Assembly: GCF_006345805.1 (NCBI RefSeq)
Contig: NC_043002.1
Span: 67,394,001-67,458,000, forward strand
Reading direction: 5' to 3'
Origin: Octopus sinensis
Taxonomy: Eukaryota
Length of the DNA: 64,000 bases
Shown: positions 27,897-39,961 of the stretch, in pieces
Numbering within the stretch: the stretch's first letter is position 1
How the letters are laid out: every line of letters begins with the position of its first letter
Position numbers and translations under genes: made by a program
The notes under the pieces: model-generated
What the model was told of the DNA's origin: nothing
Databases searched by the model: none
Seen by the model: only the letters and a program-made list of their open reading frames with translations

Positions 27897-28650
27897 GGGT
27901 ATGTGTGTATATATAGGTATATATATTTGTGTGGGACGTGTACGTTGATCGCATGAATGCATGTAACTGTGTATCTGCTTACTAAAACAGAATGACGTGA
28001 TTTGCAGTGAAAAGTAATCAATGCCGGGACAGATAATGGAATTTTAAAACAATAAAAGTCGATTGAGAGAGAGTAGCGGAGAAGGAAGTAATGTCCGACA
28101 AATCTTTAAAGGCAAGTAAATAAAACTAAACGTTCTTTTATGTCCTGAGAAATACAAAATAAAAATACAAAATAAAAACAAAACAGTTTTCAGTTTTAAC
28201 ACTCACATGCACGATTACATATATATATATTGGTGTTTAACATGGACTCAAGACAGTGAAACCGTTGTCTTCTCTCTCCGTGTGGGAAGAGAAGATAATC
28301 GATTGAATCGAACCCAGTACTTGACTGCTAGCTATTTTATTGACCAAGGGGAGATAAAAAGGCGAAGTTGACGTCGAAGATAAGAACGGCAGAGGTAAAA
28401 TTCAAACACAGGAATTTCAACCATGTTTCGTGGTCTGCTACCACAACAGCTCCTTTATAGGATCCAGTTAGCTCAAGACATCATCAGGAGGAACCACGTC
28501 CGGTTTCGGTCCCTACTCCTCTACTGTTTTGTCGTGGTGCCCCCCCTCCTTTCGGAAGTGTCTTCAGCTCTGGTGTTGGGTGCATGTATTCTTTCTTCTT
28601 TCTTCTGTTCCCTGACCTCTTCGATGTAGCGTTAACGAGCGTCAGCGAGC

Positions 28651-28758
28651 GACTGACTGTCTTGTTAATTTTTTTCCCTTTAAATACCTGCTGCAAGGCT
28701 CCAGCAGGCAGCCCCAGCAAGTTATCACGTGACTCTGTCTCAACTTTAACTGACCAAT
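28651..28758 (-). promoter_or_regulatory. Putative Pol II core promoter firing leftward
   Basis: TATTTAAA (28686-28679) starts 32 nt upstream of the A of an Inr-like TCAGTC (+1 ~28654). TCACGTGA E-box at 28725-28732, CCAAT at 28754-28758, CpG-rich context. Confidence 0.55.
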
Positions 28759-31299
28759 GAAGGTGCGTAGTCTTAGCCTACGCATTCTCTAAACGACCGT
28801 CACCTGTCAATTAGCGAAGCTAATTCAGTGTCCAACGAAACTTTTTTTGTTTGAAAGTGTAACGCTTCTACCAAATACACTGATCAGAACAATTACCTAT
28901 TATTGTCTTACGGATTTGTTGATGCGGGTTGATGAACCTCCTGCTCCCTCTTCGTGTTTTACTCTTGTCATCACGCTTATCTGTCCATTTTAAAAATTCT
29001 CGATCCACTCATACACTCTTCTACGCGGTAAAGCGCTGTCCCCATACTGTACTGAAATCCTGCAACGAATTTCCGGCCTCTGACACACATTCAGACCAGA
29101 GAAATCGGATCACTGGTTTCTGTTCTTCCTTGGTGTACACAGCCAACGGAGCAACCATGATTTCTTTGTAACACAAAAAGAAAAGAAAAGAAAACTAGAG
29201 CGATCAAGGTCAAACGTTGATTGCGTATCCAAAACAGTACCACCTTTTAGCACGCGAGCGCTGAAAGCAGTGAAGCCAACCTAAAGAAAGTTTTGGTCAA
29301 AGTGCGGATAATCTTTACTTCCCCTTGTGTGTGTGTGTGTGTGTGTATGTGTGTGTGTGTGTCCCAACGTTCGAAACATAGAGTAGATAAAACGGGGGAC
29401 AACTGATGAAGGGAATGTTCATTATATTGCCTGTACTCGTCTCTCTATTTGTTTCTTTCGTTGTTCAAAAAAAATTCGTTTTCCATGTTTTAGTTTTTGT
29501 TCTCGTTTTTTATTTTGTTCACGTATTTTTGACGTCTTGTACCCATATATGCATGTATATATACATATATATGTAGGTATGTTCATATATGTATGTATAT
29601 ATGCATATATGTATGTATATATATTATTTATATAATAGAGAGAGAGAGAGACAGATAGACAGACAGACAGAGAGGGAGAGGCGTCACTAAGGTGGCGAAG
29701 GATACAAGTCAGCACCAGGATTGCTAGAAATAAGAGTCAAAACAACTCTTAGCCACGGGGAAGCACTTATCTAATTACTGGCAAGGGAGACAAGCTCCCT
29801 TCAACAAGCAAGACAGAGTATAGACGTCACTAAGGTGACAGAGGATGCTAGTCAATACCAGCATTGCGAGATTTAAGAATCAGAGCGAGGAATCCGTATG
29901 GAAAAACATCAATAAATGATTGGATGAATGAATGAATAAATGAATGAAGGAATGAATGAAAATAGCCACAACTGATTTCGTATCACACACAAAAAAAATT
30001 CACTGGGTGATTCACAATATGAATTTTAAAAAGTGGGGGGAAATATTTTTTTTTTAAAACACACACGTTAGAGACAACGGTAATATTTGGTATCAATATG
30101 TAAATGTACCAACCAATCAAACTGTATCATCAATAGTAACCAGAATTAGTTCTGAAAAATCAAACCTGCTAAATTGATCTGCAAGAAGCTATGATCAAAG
30201 CACTGAAAGCAGAAATCTAACGCAACGGCAGTGATCCAGGAAAAGTTCCGCATGCAGTATGGCGGAGTAAAAATAAAACGACGCCATTTTGTTTTTGGTG
30301 TTCTATGTTTTTTTTTCTCTTATCCTCTCTTCCAAGCGATTTCTTTTCTTAGATAAAATGGATGAAAAGCAAATCGAATTGTTTGCTTCGACTGTTAATC
30401 AGACATCCTAATTTGATAAAAAGCTACTCACATATTCTCTATAGGTTGGAATAAGTTTAGGCAGGAAACATATACGAATAATATATCGTATACGGTATGG
30501 ATCCCGAGGTAAAGAAGACGATATGCAAACCTGTATTCATATGTATATGCGCGTATGTGGGTACATACACATATATATAAGTATGCATAAAAACATACAC
30601 AGATATGTGTGTGTGAATGCCTATTCAAACACACGCATATAGATACATACACACACATATGCATGCATGGCTCAGTGGTTAGAGCGTCGAGCTTACGATC
30701 GTGAGGTTGTGAGTTCGAATCCCGGACCGGGCTGCATGTTGTGTTCTTGGGTCAGACACTTTATTTCACGTTGCTCCAGTTCACTCAGCTGTAGAAATGA
30801 GTTGCGACGACACAGGTGCCAAGCTGTATCGGCCATTGCTTTTCCCTTGGATAACACTAGTGGCGCGAAGAGGGGAGGCCGGTATGCATGGGCGACTGCT
30901 GGTCTTCCATAAATAGCTTTGCCCGGACTTTGCCTGGGAGGGTAATTTTCTAGGTGCAATCCCATGGTCAGTCATGACCGAAGGGGGTCTCAGAATACAT
31001 ACAGAGAGAGGGGAGGGGAGGGACAGAGAGAGGGAGTTGTATGTGTGGGCTTAGTGGTTAGGGTGTTGGAGTCATTATAGTAAGATTATGATTTCGATTC
31101 TTTGACCGGGCGACACGTTTTGTTCTTGAGCAAACCACTTCATTTCACGTTGCTCCAGTCCACTCAGCTGGTAAAAATGAATATCCCTGAGACGGATCAG
31201 CGTCCCGTCCAGGTGGGGAATACATATGCCATTGAAACCGGGAAACCGGCCCTTATGAGTTTGGCAAGGCTCGAGATGGAGGCATTTATTTTATATATT

Positions 31300-31740
31300 A
31301 TATATAGGCACAGGAGTGGCTGTGCGGTAAGAAGGTTGCTTCCCAACTACATGGTTCCGGGATTGGTCCCACTGCGTGGTACCTTGGGTAAGAGTCTTCT
31401 ACTGTAGCCTTGGGCAGACCAAAGCCTTGAGAGTGGATTTGGTAGACGGAAACTGAAACAAGTCCGTCGTGTATATATATATATATATATCTGTGTGTGT
31501 ATATATGTGAGTATGTATGTATGTATATACTTGTGTGTCTGTGCTTTCCCCCTCCACCTTCACTTGACAACCGATGTTGGTGTGTTTACATCCATGTAAC
31601 TTAACGGTTCGGCAAAAGATTACGATAGAATAAGTACTAGGCCTACAAAGAATAAGTCCTGAGGTCGATTTGTTCGACGAAAGGAGGTGCTCCACCATGG
31701 CCGCAGTCAAATGACTCAAACTAGTAAAAGAGTAAATGAA
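31300..31740 (+). mobile_element. tRNA-derived SINE family A (with internal microsatellite), representative copy
   Basis: Head caggagtggctgtgcgg..ggttccggg..gtcccactgcgtgg. Other copies at ~2650-3075, 10750-11030, 11521-11720, 16430-16900, 32770-33490, 40645-41030, 42195-43960, 55960-56110, 61890-62130 and 62680-62800. Confidence 0.8.
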
Positions 31741-31770
31741 GAGTATGTATATATAATATAATAAAGAGTG

Positions 31771-31802
<32 letters not shown>

Positions 31803-31814
31803 ATATAAAGAGTG

Positions 31815-31854
<40 letters not shown>

Positions 31855-32059
31855 TAGATAGATAGATACATATGATGAATACATACATGCATCATGCATG
31901 AATACATATGCATAAATAAAGTGTCTTGCTCAAGAACACAACACGTAGCCCGGTCCGGGATTCGAACTCACAACTGCATGATCGTAAGCTCGAGGCTCTA
32001 ACCACTGAGCCTTCAATGTATGTATATATATATAGTTCTTTTTGTAACATATTTCTACG

Positions 32060-32090
<31 letters not shown>

Positions 32091-32183
32091 CAACAATTGA
32101 GGGTAAAATTAATTAATTATTAATCAATTTCACCAAGTATTCAGTATGTAAAGGGACCATTTTAGGCGAATTCAAAATATTAC

Positions 32184-32504
32184 ATTATATATAAGGGCTT
32201 AGTAAAATAAATTACTTTGCCACATACTGAACTCATTAGAAATAGCAGCTAAAGAAATTTCTTCAGCTATTTCTAATACTTAAAGAAGATCTCTCTCAGA
32301 TAGTGTTTGCCTAAACCAACTCACAAAGGTATGGGGAAAAAACATACCTTTCCCCATACCTTTGTGAGTTGGTTTAGGCAAACACTATCTGAGAGAGATC
32401 TTCTTTAAGTATTAGAAATAGCTGAAGAAATTTCTTTAGCTGCTATTTCTAATGAGTTCAGTATGTGGCAAAGTAATTTATTTTACTAAGCCCTTATATA
32501 TAAT
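32184..32504. repeat. Perfect palindrome, 156-bp arms, 9-nt loop
   Basis: 32184-32339 is the exact reverse complement of 32349-32504 (compared by eye). Loop aaacatacc. Confidence 0.95.
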
Positions 32505-32513
32505 ATATATATT

Positions 32514-32544
<31 letters not shown>

Positions 32545-32554
32545 TATATATATA

Positions 32555-32617
<63 letters not shown>

Positions 32618-32963
32618 CATGTGCAATACACTAACAACCCATCATTGAAAATGATCATCACAGGAACATCATCAGCAACGTAAGAGTTAATGGTCTGAAA
32701 ATACAGCTTATGTATCTAGAAGGAAACTATAAGATGTTTCTATGACAAGATGAGAATAACTATAAGAACAAGTGTGGCTGTGTGATAAGAAACTTGCTTC
32801 CCAACCACATGGTTCCGAGGTCAGTCCATTGCGTGGAACCTTGGGCAAGTGTTCTTTTACTATAGCCTCGAACCGGCCAAAGTCATGTGAATGGATTTGG
32901 TAAGCGGAAACTGAAAGAGCCTGTCGTATATATTGTATGTATTTACGTACGTATGTATGTGTT

Positions 32964-33054
<91 letters not shown>

Positions 33055-33622
33055 TTGTCCCCACCACCGCTTGACAACCAATGTCGGTGTATTTACGTTC
33101 AAAGCACTGAAAGCAGAAATCTAACGCAACGGCAGTGATCCAGGAAAAGTTCCGCATGCAGTATGGCGGAGTAAGAATAAGACGACGCCATTTTGTTTCG
33201 GCGTTGTGTCTTTTTTTTTCCTCTTATCCTCTCTTCCAAGCGATTTCTTTTCTTAGATAAAATGGATGAAAAGCAAATCGAATTGTTGCTTCGACTGTTA
33301 ATCAGACATCCTAATTTGATAAAAAGCTACTCACATATTCTCTACAGTTCGGCAAAAGAAGCCGATAGAATAAGTACAAGGCTTTAAAAAAATAATAAGT
33401 GCGGCGGTCGATTCATTCGACTAAAAATCGTTTAAGGCGGTGCCCCGGCATGGCCGCAGTCTAATGACTGAAACACGTAAAAGACAAAAGATAAACGGTA
33501 CTGTAATAACTCGGGCATGAAGTGAAAAGCAAGTCACAAATTATACTGAAAGGTATTTAATCGAATGAGATATTCGCACCTCTCAGTATTCAACAAGTGT
33601 ATTATATTACTCACAACGTATT

Positions 33623-34564
33623 CTTTTTTACTCTAGGCACAAGGCCCGAAATTTGGGGGAAATTGGGTGCCAGTCGATTAGATCGACCCCAGTACGCAAC
33701 TGGTACTTAATTTATCGACTCCGAAAGGATGAAAGGTAAAGTCGATCTCGGCGGAATTTGAACTCAGAACATAAAGACAGACGAAATACCTATTTCTTTA
33801 CTACCCACAAGGGGCTAAACACAGAGAGGACAGACAAACGAATTAAGTCGATTATATCGACTCCAGTGCGTAACTGGTACTTATTTAATCGACCCCGAAA
33901 GGATGAAAGGCAAAGTCGACCTCGGCGGAATTTGAATTCAGAACGTAGCAGCAGACGAAATACCTATTTCTTTACTACCCACAAGGGACTAAACACAGAG
34001 GGGACAAACAAGGACAGACAAACGGATTAAGTCGATTAGATCAACCCCAGTGCGTAACTGGTACTTATTTAATCGACCCCGAAAGGATGAAAGGCAAAGT
34101 CGACCTCGGCGGAATTTGAACTCAGAACGTAACGGCATACGAAATACCTATTTCTTTACTACCCACAAGGGGCTAAACACAGAAAGGACAAACAAGGACA
34201 GACAAACGGATTAAGTCGATTATATCGACCCCAGTGCGTAACTGGTACTTAATTTATCGACCCCGAAAGGATGAAAGGCAAAGTCGACCTCGGCGGAATT
34301 TGAATTCAGAACGTAGCGGCAGACAAAATACCTATTTCTTTACTACCCACAAGGGACTAAACACAGAGGGGACAAACAAGGACAGACAAACGGATTAAGT
34401 CGATTAGATCAACCCCAGTGCGTAACTGGTACTTATTTAATCGACCCCGAAAGGATGAAAGGCAAAATCGACCTCGGCAGAATTTGAACTCAGAACGTAA
34501 CGGCAGACGAAATACCGCTGAGCATTTCGCCCGGCGTGCTAACGTTTCTGCCAGCTCGCCACCT
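33623..34564 (-). mobile_element. Head-to-tail pentamer of tRNA-derived SINE family B
   Basis: Junction gaaatacctatttc at ~33789, 33963, 34147 and 34331. Full tRNA-like head only at the right end. Diverged 18-bp TSD at 33605-33622 / 34565-34582. Confidence 0.85.
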
Positions 34565-35194
34565 TATTGCTCACGACATATTAGCAGAACCTCTCCAAAA
34601 CGTTACAAAACAAAAACAACTGAGCGAGACTGATTTGAAAACAAAATTAAACTACTCAATGTTACGATAAGTTTCAGCCTCACCAGCGATGTTAGTAAGG
34701 AAGGAGGTCAAGGTCTGTTGGCTTGTTGTTACAGTTTAAGATGCCCGGGTCATAATGCTGAAATAACATCTGCCATAAACTGAAGGAGGAACTAAGCATC
34801 TTACTTATTGAAGTTAATAAACATGAAATGGATAACATTATCATAATAATTAAGTAGCGCGTTAGAATGACAGAGATATTAAAGTGCTGAACAAAATATC
34901 TACTATGAGGTATATAATTTCCTTCTTTCAAGTTCTCAATTCAAATCCTACCGGTATCTCCTCCTTTAGCTTCCGGTGTTGGTAAAAAACCGGAAACGCA
35001 TGTACGAGGGTTGTTCCGTTGGACTAGCTACCTTCGTTGTAATTGTAGTGGTTGTTTAAATCCTTCACTCGTCGTACCTAATATTTCCTTAATCTATTTT
35101 ACAGATAGTAACCGTACGTTCGAGAGAAATTTGGCTGCTATTTCTAGCCTGTCATACTAGTAGATGATGTTGTGGGCGCAATATAGCTGAATGG

Positions 35195-35426
35195 AAGGCG
35201 GCGAGCTGGCAGAAACGTTAGCACGCCGGGCGAAATGCTTAGCGGTATTTCGTCTGCCGCTACGTTCTGAGTTCAAATTCCGCCGAGGTCGACTTTGCCT
35301 TTCATCCTTTCGGGGTCGATTAAATAAGTACCAGTTACGCACTGGGGTCGATATAATCGACTAAATCCGTTTGTCCTTGTTTGTCCTCTCTGTGTTTAGC
35401 CCCTTGTGGGTAGTAAAGAAATAGGT
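35195..35426 (+). mobile_element. Full-length SINE family B monomer inserted into the head of another SINE
   Basis: A box tggcagaaacg, B box gagttcaaattcc. 14-bp TSD atatagctgaatgg (35181-35194 / 35427-35440). Other copies at ~8430-8880, 9320-9715, 23275-23670, 51410-51630, 54895-55040, 59190-59540, 60730-61005 and 63120-63330. Confidence 0.85.
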
Positions 35427-35581
35427 ATATAGCTGAATGGTTAAGAAGTTCACTTCGCAATCATGAAGTACCGGGTTCAATATCACAGCGTGGCATCCCG
35501 AGTAAATGTCATTTTCTGTAGCCTTGTGAGAGAAATCAGGTAGACGGAAACTACAGAGAAGCCCATCCAGAGGATAGTACC

Positions 35582-36152
35582 TGTAATTAGCAGAGTGCTA
35601 ACAACGATGTACTCGCCCAGGTTTAACACAGCACTGTCCGTGAATTACTTCCCCATGGATCAGCAGTAAATATACACCCTGCGAGAACTCCTGTACTAAG
35701 CGACCCAGATAGCAGCATTACAGCCACAACGTCGTACGACATGTAGCACAACCGGCTCAGCATCATCGCTGCGACTTCTTGATACAGTATTTCAATTACA
35801 TGTACAATTGATTACGAACTGGTACTCTCATTTCTTGTGTCTATGAACATTCGTCTAACTCCTCATTATAGACTCTTTCACTGCATACTTCAGTTATTCT
35901 TATATGTACATAACGCAGTCGCATACATCCATGCCTATACACACATACACTTTGTTCTTATGACGGCCTGTCTATTATTCTGTATACATGACGTACACAC
36001 AGACACACATGTTAACATATCAATAAATCTCCTCTTGAACATTCTATTCGGTTGTGTCTCTCTCATTCCCCTCTGGTACATATATGTATTAAACCAGCTT
36101 TCTGAACGGAGTTGTTATTAGATGGTTTCACGACGTGAGACCACGATCATCA
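35582..36152 (+). mobile_element. 5' LTR of a truncated LTR retrotransposon (left boundary uncertain: 35582 or 35742)
   Basis: TG start, internal AATAAA (~36021), ends in CA 4 nt before an 18-nt PBS. Confidence 0.55.
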
Positions 36153-36156
36153 ATAA

Positions 36157-36174
36157 TGGTGACTCCGACGTGAT
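36157..36174 (+). other. Primer-binding site complementary to tRNA-Trp
   Basis: TGGTGACTCCGACGTGAT against the reverse complement of the animal tRNA-Trp 3' end as I recall it (TGGTGACCCCGACGTGAT): 17/18, and the mismatch is a G-U wobble. Confidence 0.75.
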
Positions 36175-36766
36175 ATTATTTAGCGATCCGATTGGTTATA
36201 CGCTGCAGATTGGCGCGACAGAGTTAGAGGGAAATTGTGCAAATACAAATCAGAGTAATGGACACAACGGGATCCAAATAGTGGCCAAAGACTAGCTGTT
36301 ACCTGCTATGTTCGAACGTACGTATATATAATAAAGGGGTGAATGGGAATTTCACTCGAGTGTACGCTACAAGGTCGATAAAAAAATGTATGAATCCAAG
36401 TTTACTGGATTGATGGAACTGCTAGATGTCTTGCAGTTTCTCTTCCGGTTATTCGTGTCTTGACAACAATGTCTACGACGACACTTGTTCCAAGTTGCAT
36501 CGATCCAAGAGAGCAGCTTTTCACTTGGATAAACATCGGTGGTGCGCTGAGGAAAGACTTGCATGCACAGACAACTGACAGTCTTTCTGTAACCGTAGGA
36601 TGTTCCCAGATTTTGACTACTATTTCTATCAGATCGATTATTGTTGTTGCTGCTGCTGCTGTTGTTGTTGTTGTCATCTCTGCTGCTGCTGCTTCTGCTG
36701 CTATTGCTGTTGTTGTTTAGCTTCTGGTCAATTATTTTCAAGTAGAACTATGCTGAAAAGTGCTTC

Positions 36767-37349
36767 ATATTTCTTTATAACACAGAGGGGGCAAACAAGG
36801 ACAGACAAACAGATTTAGTCGATTACATCGACCCAGTGCGTAACTGGTACTTAATTTATCGACCCCGAAAGGATGAAAGGCAAAGTCGACCTCGGCGGAA
36901 TTTGAACTCAGCACGTAGCGGCAGACGAAATGCCTATTTCTTTATTACCCACAAGGGGCTAAACATAGAAGGGACAAACAAGGAGAGACAAACGGATTAA
37001 GTCGATTATATCGACTCCAGTGCGTAACTGGTGCTTATTTAATCGACCCCGAAAGGACGAAAGGCAAAGTCGACCTCGGCGGAATTTGAACTCAGCACGT
37101 AGTTGCAGACGAAATACCTATTTCTTTATTACCCACAAGGGGCTAAACACAGAGGGGACAAACAAGGACAGACATAGGTATTAAGTCGATTACATTGACC
37201 CCAGTGCGTAACTGGTACTTAATTTATCGACCCCGAAAGGATGAAAGGCAAAGTCGACCTCGGCGGAATTTGAACTCACAACGTAACGACAGACGAAATA
37301 CCGCGAAGCATTTCGCCCAGCGTGCTAACGTTTCTGCCAGCTCGCCGCC
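36767..37349 (-). mobile_element. Head-to-tail trimer of SINE family B
   Basis: Same junction. 18-bp TSD tatgctgaaaagtgcttc (36749-36766) / tatgctaaaaagtgcttc (37350-37367). Confidence 0.85.
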
Positions 37350-37976
37350 TATGCTAAAAAGTGCTTCTGCCGTGACAAGAGCCATATTGTAAAATGTTAT
37401 AAAAACAATTCGGAGAAACTCTTACTTGTAGTCTATCATTTGATAAATGGAGAGGTGGGGCTTGTAGTTTGATCCCATCTCCCTCCCAATCAGTATTTCG
37501 ACGGGTTTGGCCCCACGTATATCAAATAAACGTGTTTTGTTGGGTTTTTTTATATCTTTCATTTTAAAAATAACAGTGAATAGCCGCCTTACTTAATACA
37601 GACAGCAAGATATGATTTGAGGTAGATTTAGCTGCTATTTCTAGTAGATCGAGAGGCTACAAAATGACTCCCACGTTAGTTTGATTCTGTTGTTTTTGTT
37701 GCTTGGTAGTGAAGGAGTTTAAAAAGAATAGAAGTACCGTTGGTAACAATGTAACAGTATTCCGATCTTCTGTTGGCTTGGGATTACTTCATTCGCTCTT
37801 CTGTGAATAATTAGATCCTGTAAAAACAAAAAAAAAAAGATTTAAAAAAAAAACAGATTTTAAAAAAAGGAAACAAGACCGAAGTTATTAGTACCCTTTA
37901 AAATGACACAATTTGAAAATGTTTGCGAAAGCTTTAACGAAGTTTGCTTTCTTACCATCTAATATTATTATTATTA

Positions 37977-38019
<43 letters not shown>

Positions 38020-38509
38020 CATCATCATTATTATTATTATTACTTGTGTTGTTTGACACATTTCTATCATCTTGTCATGCTGAGAAAATGTTTTCGCTTG
38101 CCACACTTGTTGTTTCCCTTCAGTAAGAACTCTTTCGTCTCTTGTCAGACAATTACGCTCACATTTATACTCCACTTCCCTTACGAACCACCCGCGATTT
38201 TACAAATCAATGTCTCCCATTCACTTTTGTCAAACACAAAAAGTAGTTGGGAAGGGAGAGAAACGAATACATTTTTCCTTTTTTTTTTTTCCTATTTGTG
38301 ATATTATCGTAGCATTCTGGCCTATTTATTCTGCCGTATCGGCATATCGTACGTAAACCTTTCGTCTACTTCCCTAGAACTACACTCCCTTATGAGAATC
38401 ATGCCAGAACGGAGGAGAGGGAGGAGGAGGAGGAGAAGGGGGGAGGATAAGGAGAGGAGGTGGAGGAGAGAGGGAGGAGGTGGAGGAGAGAAGGAGGGAG
38501 GAGGAGGAA

Positions 38510-39045
38510 TGAAGATGTCAATTTGTTCCAAGGACGACACACAACTCAATGTCATCGAGTACCTCGGCTCTTACATTGATGACAGCAAGAAAGACTTTCT
38601 TACACACAAGGGACTAGCCTTAGAGTGCCAGTGACATGCTTCAAAACATCTGGAAAACAAATATTTCAAACTCGACAAGACTTATCCTCTTCAGGACATA
38701 TTAAGAGAGCATTCTCCTCTCTACAACCGAAACTTGAACGATGAAGGAGTTTCAAGCTCGCCTTAATGGTACATGCGCCACGCATCTCATAAGAGCTCAA
38801 AATATCCCTTGGCGTGAAAACAAGACCAAAAGGGAGACTTAGGGACTCGTCCCACCCATTCCTTCTCTTATACAACGCAGGAAAAGCTCTTCTAACCACT
38901 GCTATGGAGACAAAACGCCAAGCCATATCGTATAATATTCTGCATATTAATACAAGACGAATGTTTTTGAGGATCTACCATCAGGTAGCATCATTTGAAA
39001 GCTACAACAATGCGAGGAAGTACATTGTGACCAGCGATGAATAAC
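38510..39045 (+). mobile_element. Degraded RTE-clade LINE reverse-transcriptase C-terminal fragment
   Basis: EYLGSYIDDSKKDFLTHKGLA ... DMLQNIWKTNISNSTRLILFRTY*ESILLY, with frameshifts. Matches the YLGS..KGLAW..L.KIWK...K..LF...VES.LLY pattern. Confidence 0.75.
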
Positions 39046-39399
39046 AACATTCGATAGTCTGGTCGATACAGTGATATGTGTGTGTGTATGTATGTATGTA
39101 TGTATGTATGTATGTATGTTTGTGTATATATATATATATATATATAAAAATTAAGGGTAGAAATTGATATTAGTCAATTAAAACCAGTGGTCTAGCACAT
39201 TAAAAAGAATCCGAAGATTAAAATATTTATATATACCAATTAAGGACTGAACACGAAAAGGTGGACAGTCAACATGCTAGATATAGACGTCAAATCGCCA
39301 TTCTCCACAAGGATTATGTTCTCAAATAAAAATAAAATTCAGCACGACGACCTAAAGCAATGGATGAGACAAAAGAAATATACTAAATGGAATAATTAC

Positions 39400-39459
39400 C
39401 TACGTACTGCAGTTTCAGCTATTAATATCACAAGGATATCTGTAGCTTCATCAGCGTAG
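39400..39459 (-). ncRNA. Minimal type-I hammerhead ribozyme, copy 1
   Basis: Minus strand reads CUACG-CUGAUGA-AGCU(...)AGCU-GAAA-C-UGCA-G-UA-CGUAG. Stem I CUACG/CGUAG, intact core, stem II AGCU/AGCU, palindromic stem III CUGCAG, GUA cleavage triplet (cut between 39405 and 39404). Confidence 0.85.
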
Positions 39460-39902
39460 TTTGTTATGAGCATAATATGCTGTACTAGATGAAAAACGGT
39501 ACCGGAGTCCCGCATGCAAAAAGTACAACCTATTACGTTCGGATGTATCTTTCGAATGCCTCTACTTTTGGCGCGCTGATAATCGAAAAACTAGCCTGCA
39601 GCCAATAATTAGTAGCAGTCAATTTATCGGTTTGAGAACTATATTTCATATTTAAAAATTAAGGGTAGAAATTGATATAGTCAATTAAAACCAGTGGTCT
39701 AGCACATTAAAAAGAATCCGAAGATTAAAATATTTATATATACCAATTAAGGACTGAACACGAAAAGGTTGGACAGTCAACATGCTAGATATAGACGTCA
39801 AATCGCCATTCTCCACAAGGATTATGTTCAAATAAAAATAAAATTCAGCACGACCTAAAGCAATGGATGAGACAAAAGAAATATACTAAATGGAATAATT
39901 AC

Positions 39903-39961
39903 CTACGTACTGCAGTTTCAGCTATAATATCACAAGGATATCTGTAGCTTCATCAGCGTAG
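39903..39961 (-). ncRNA. Minimal type-I hammerhead ribozyme, copy 2
   Basis: Same core and stems as copy 1, 503 bp away. Confidence 0.85.

Noticed and set aside
29362-29425. Hammerhead-like pieces GAAAC-atagaG-UA and CUGAUGA
   Set aside because: The core halves are in an order that needs a stem I hairpin and direct stem II pairing, and neither forms cleanly. At best a truncated fossil.
30490-30535. MDPEVKKTICK resemblance to RNase P subunit RPP21
   Set aside because: Short match with upstream stops, wrong spacing, and no following zinc-finger cysteines.
36112-36160. Degenerate hammerhead-like motif on the minus strand (uugauga...gaaac)
   Set aside because: The core C is missing and there is no G-U-H triplet pairing with stem III. 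The region is better explained as the LTR end and PBS.
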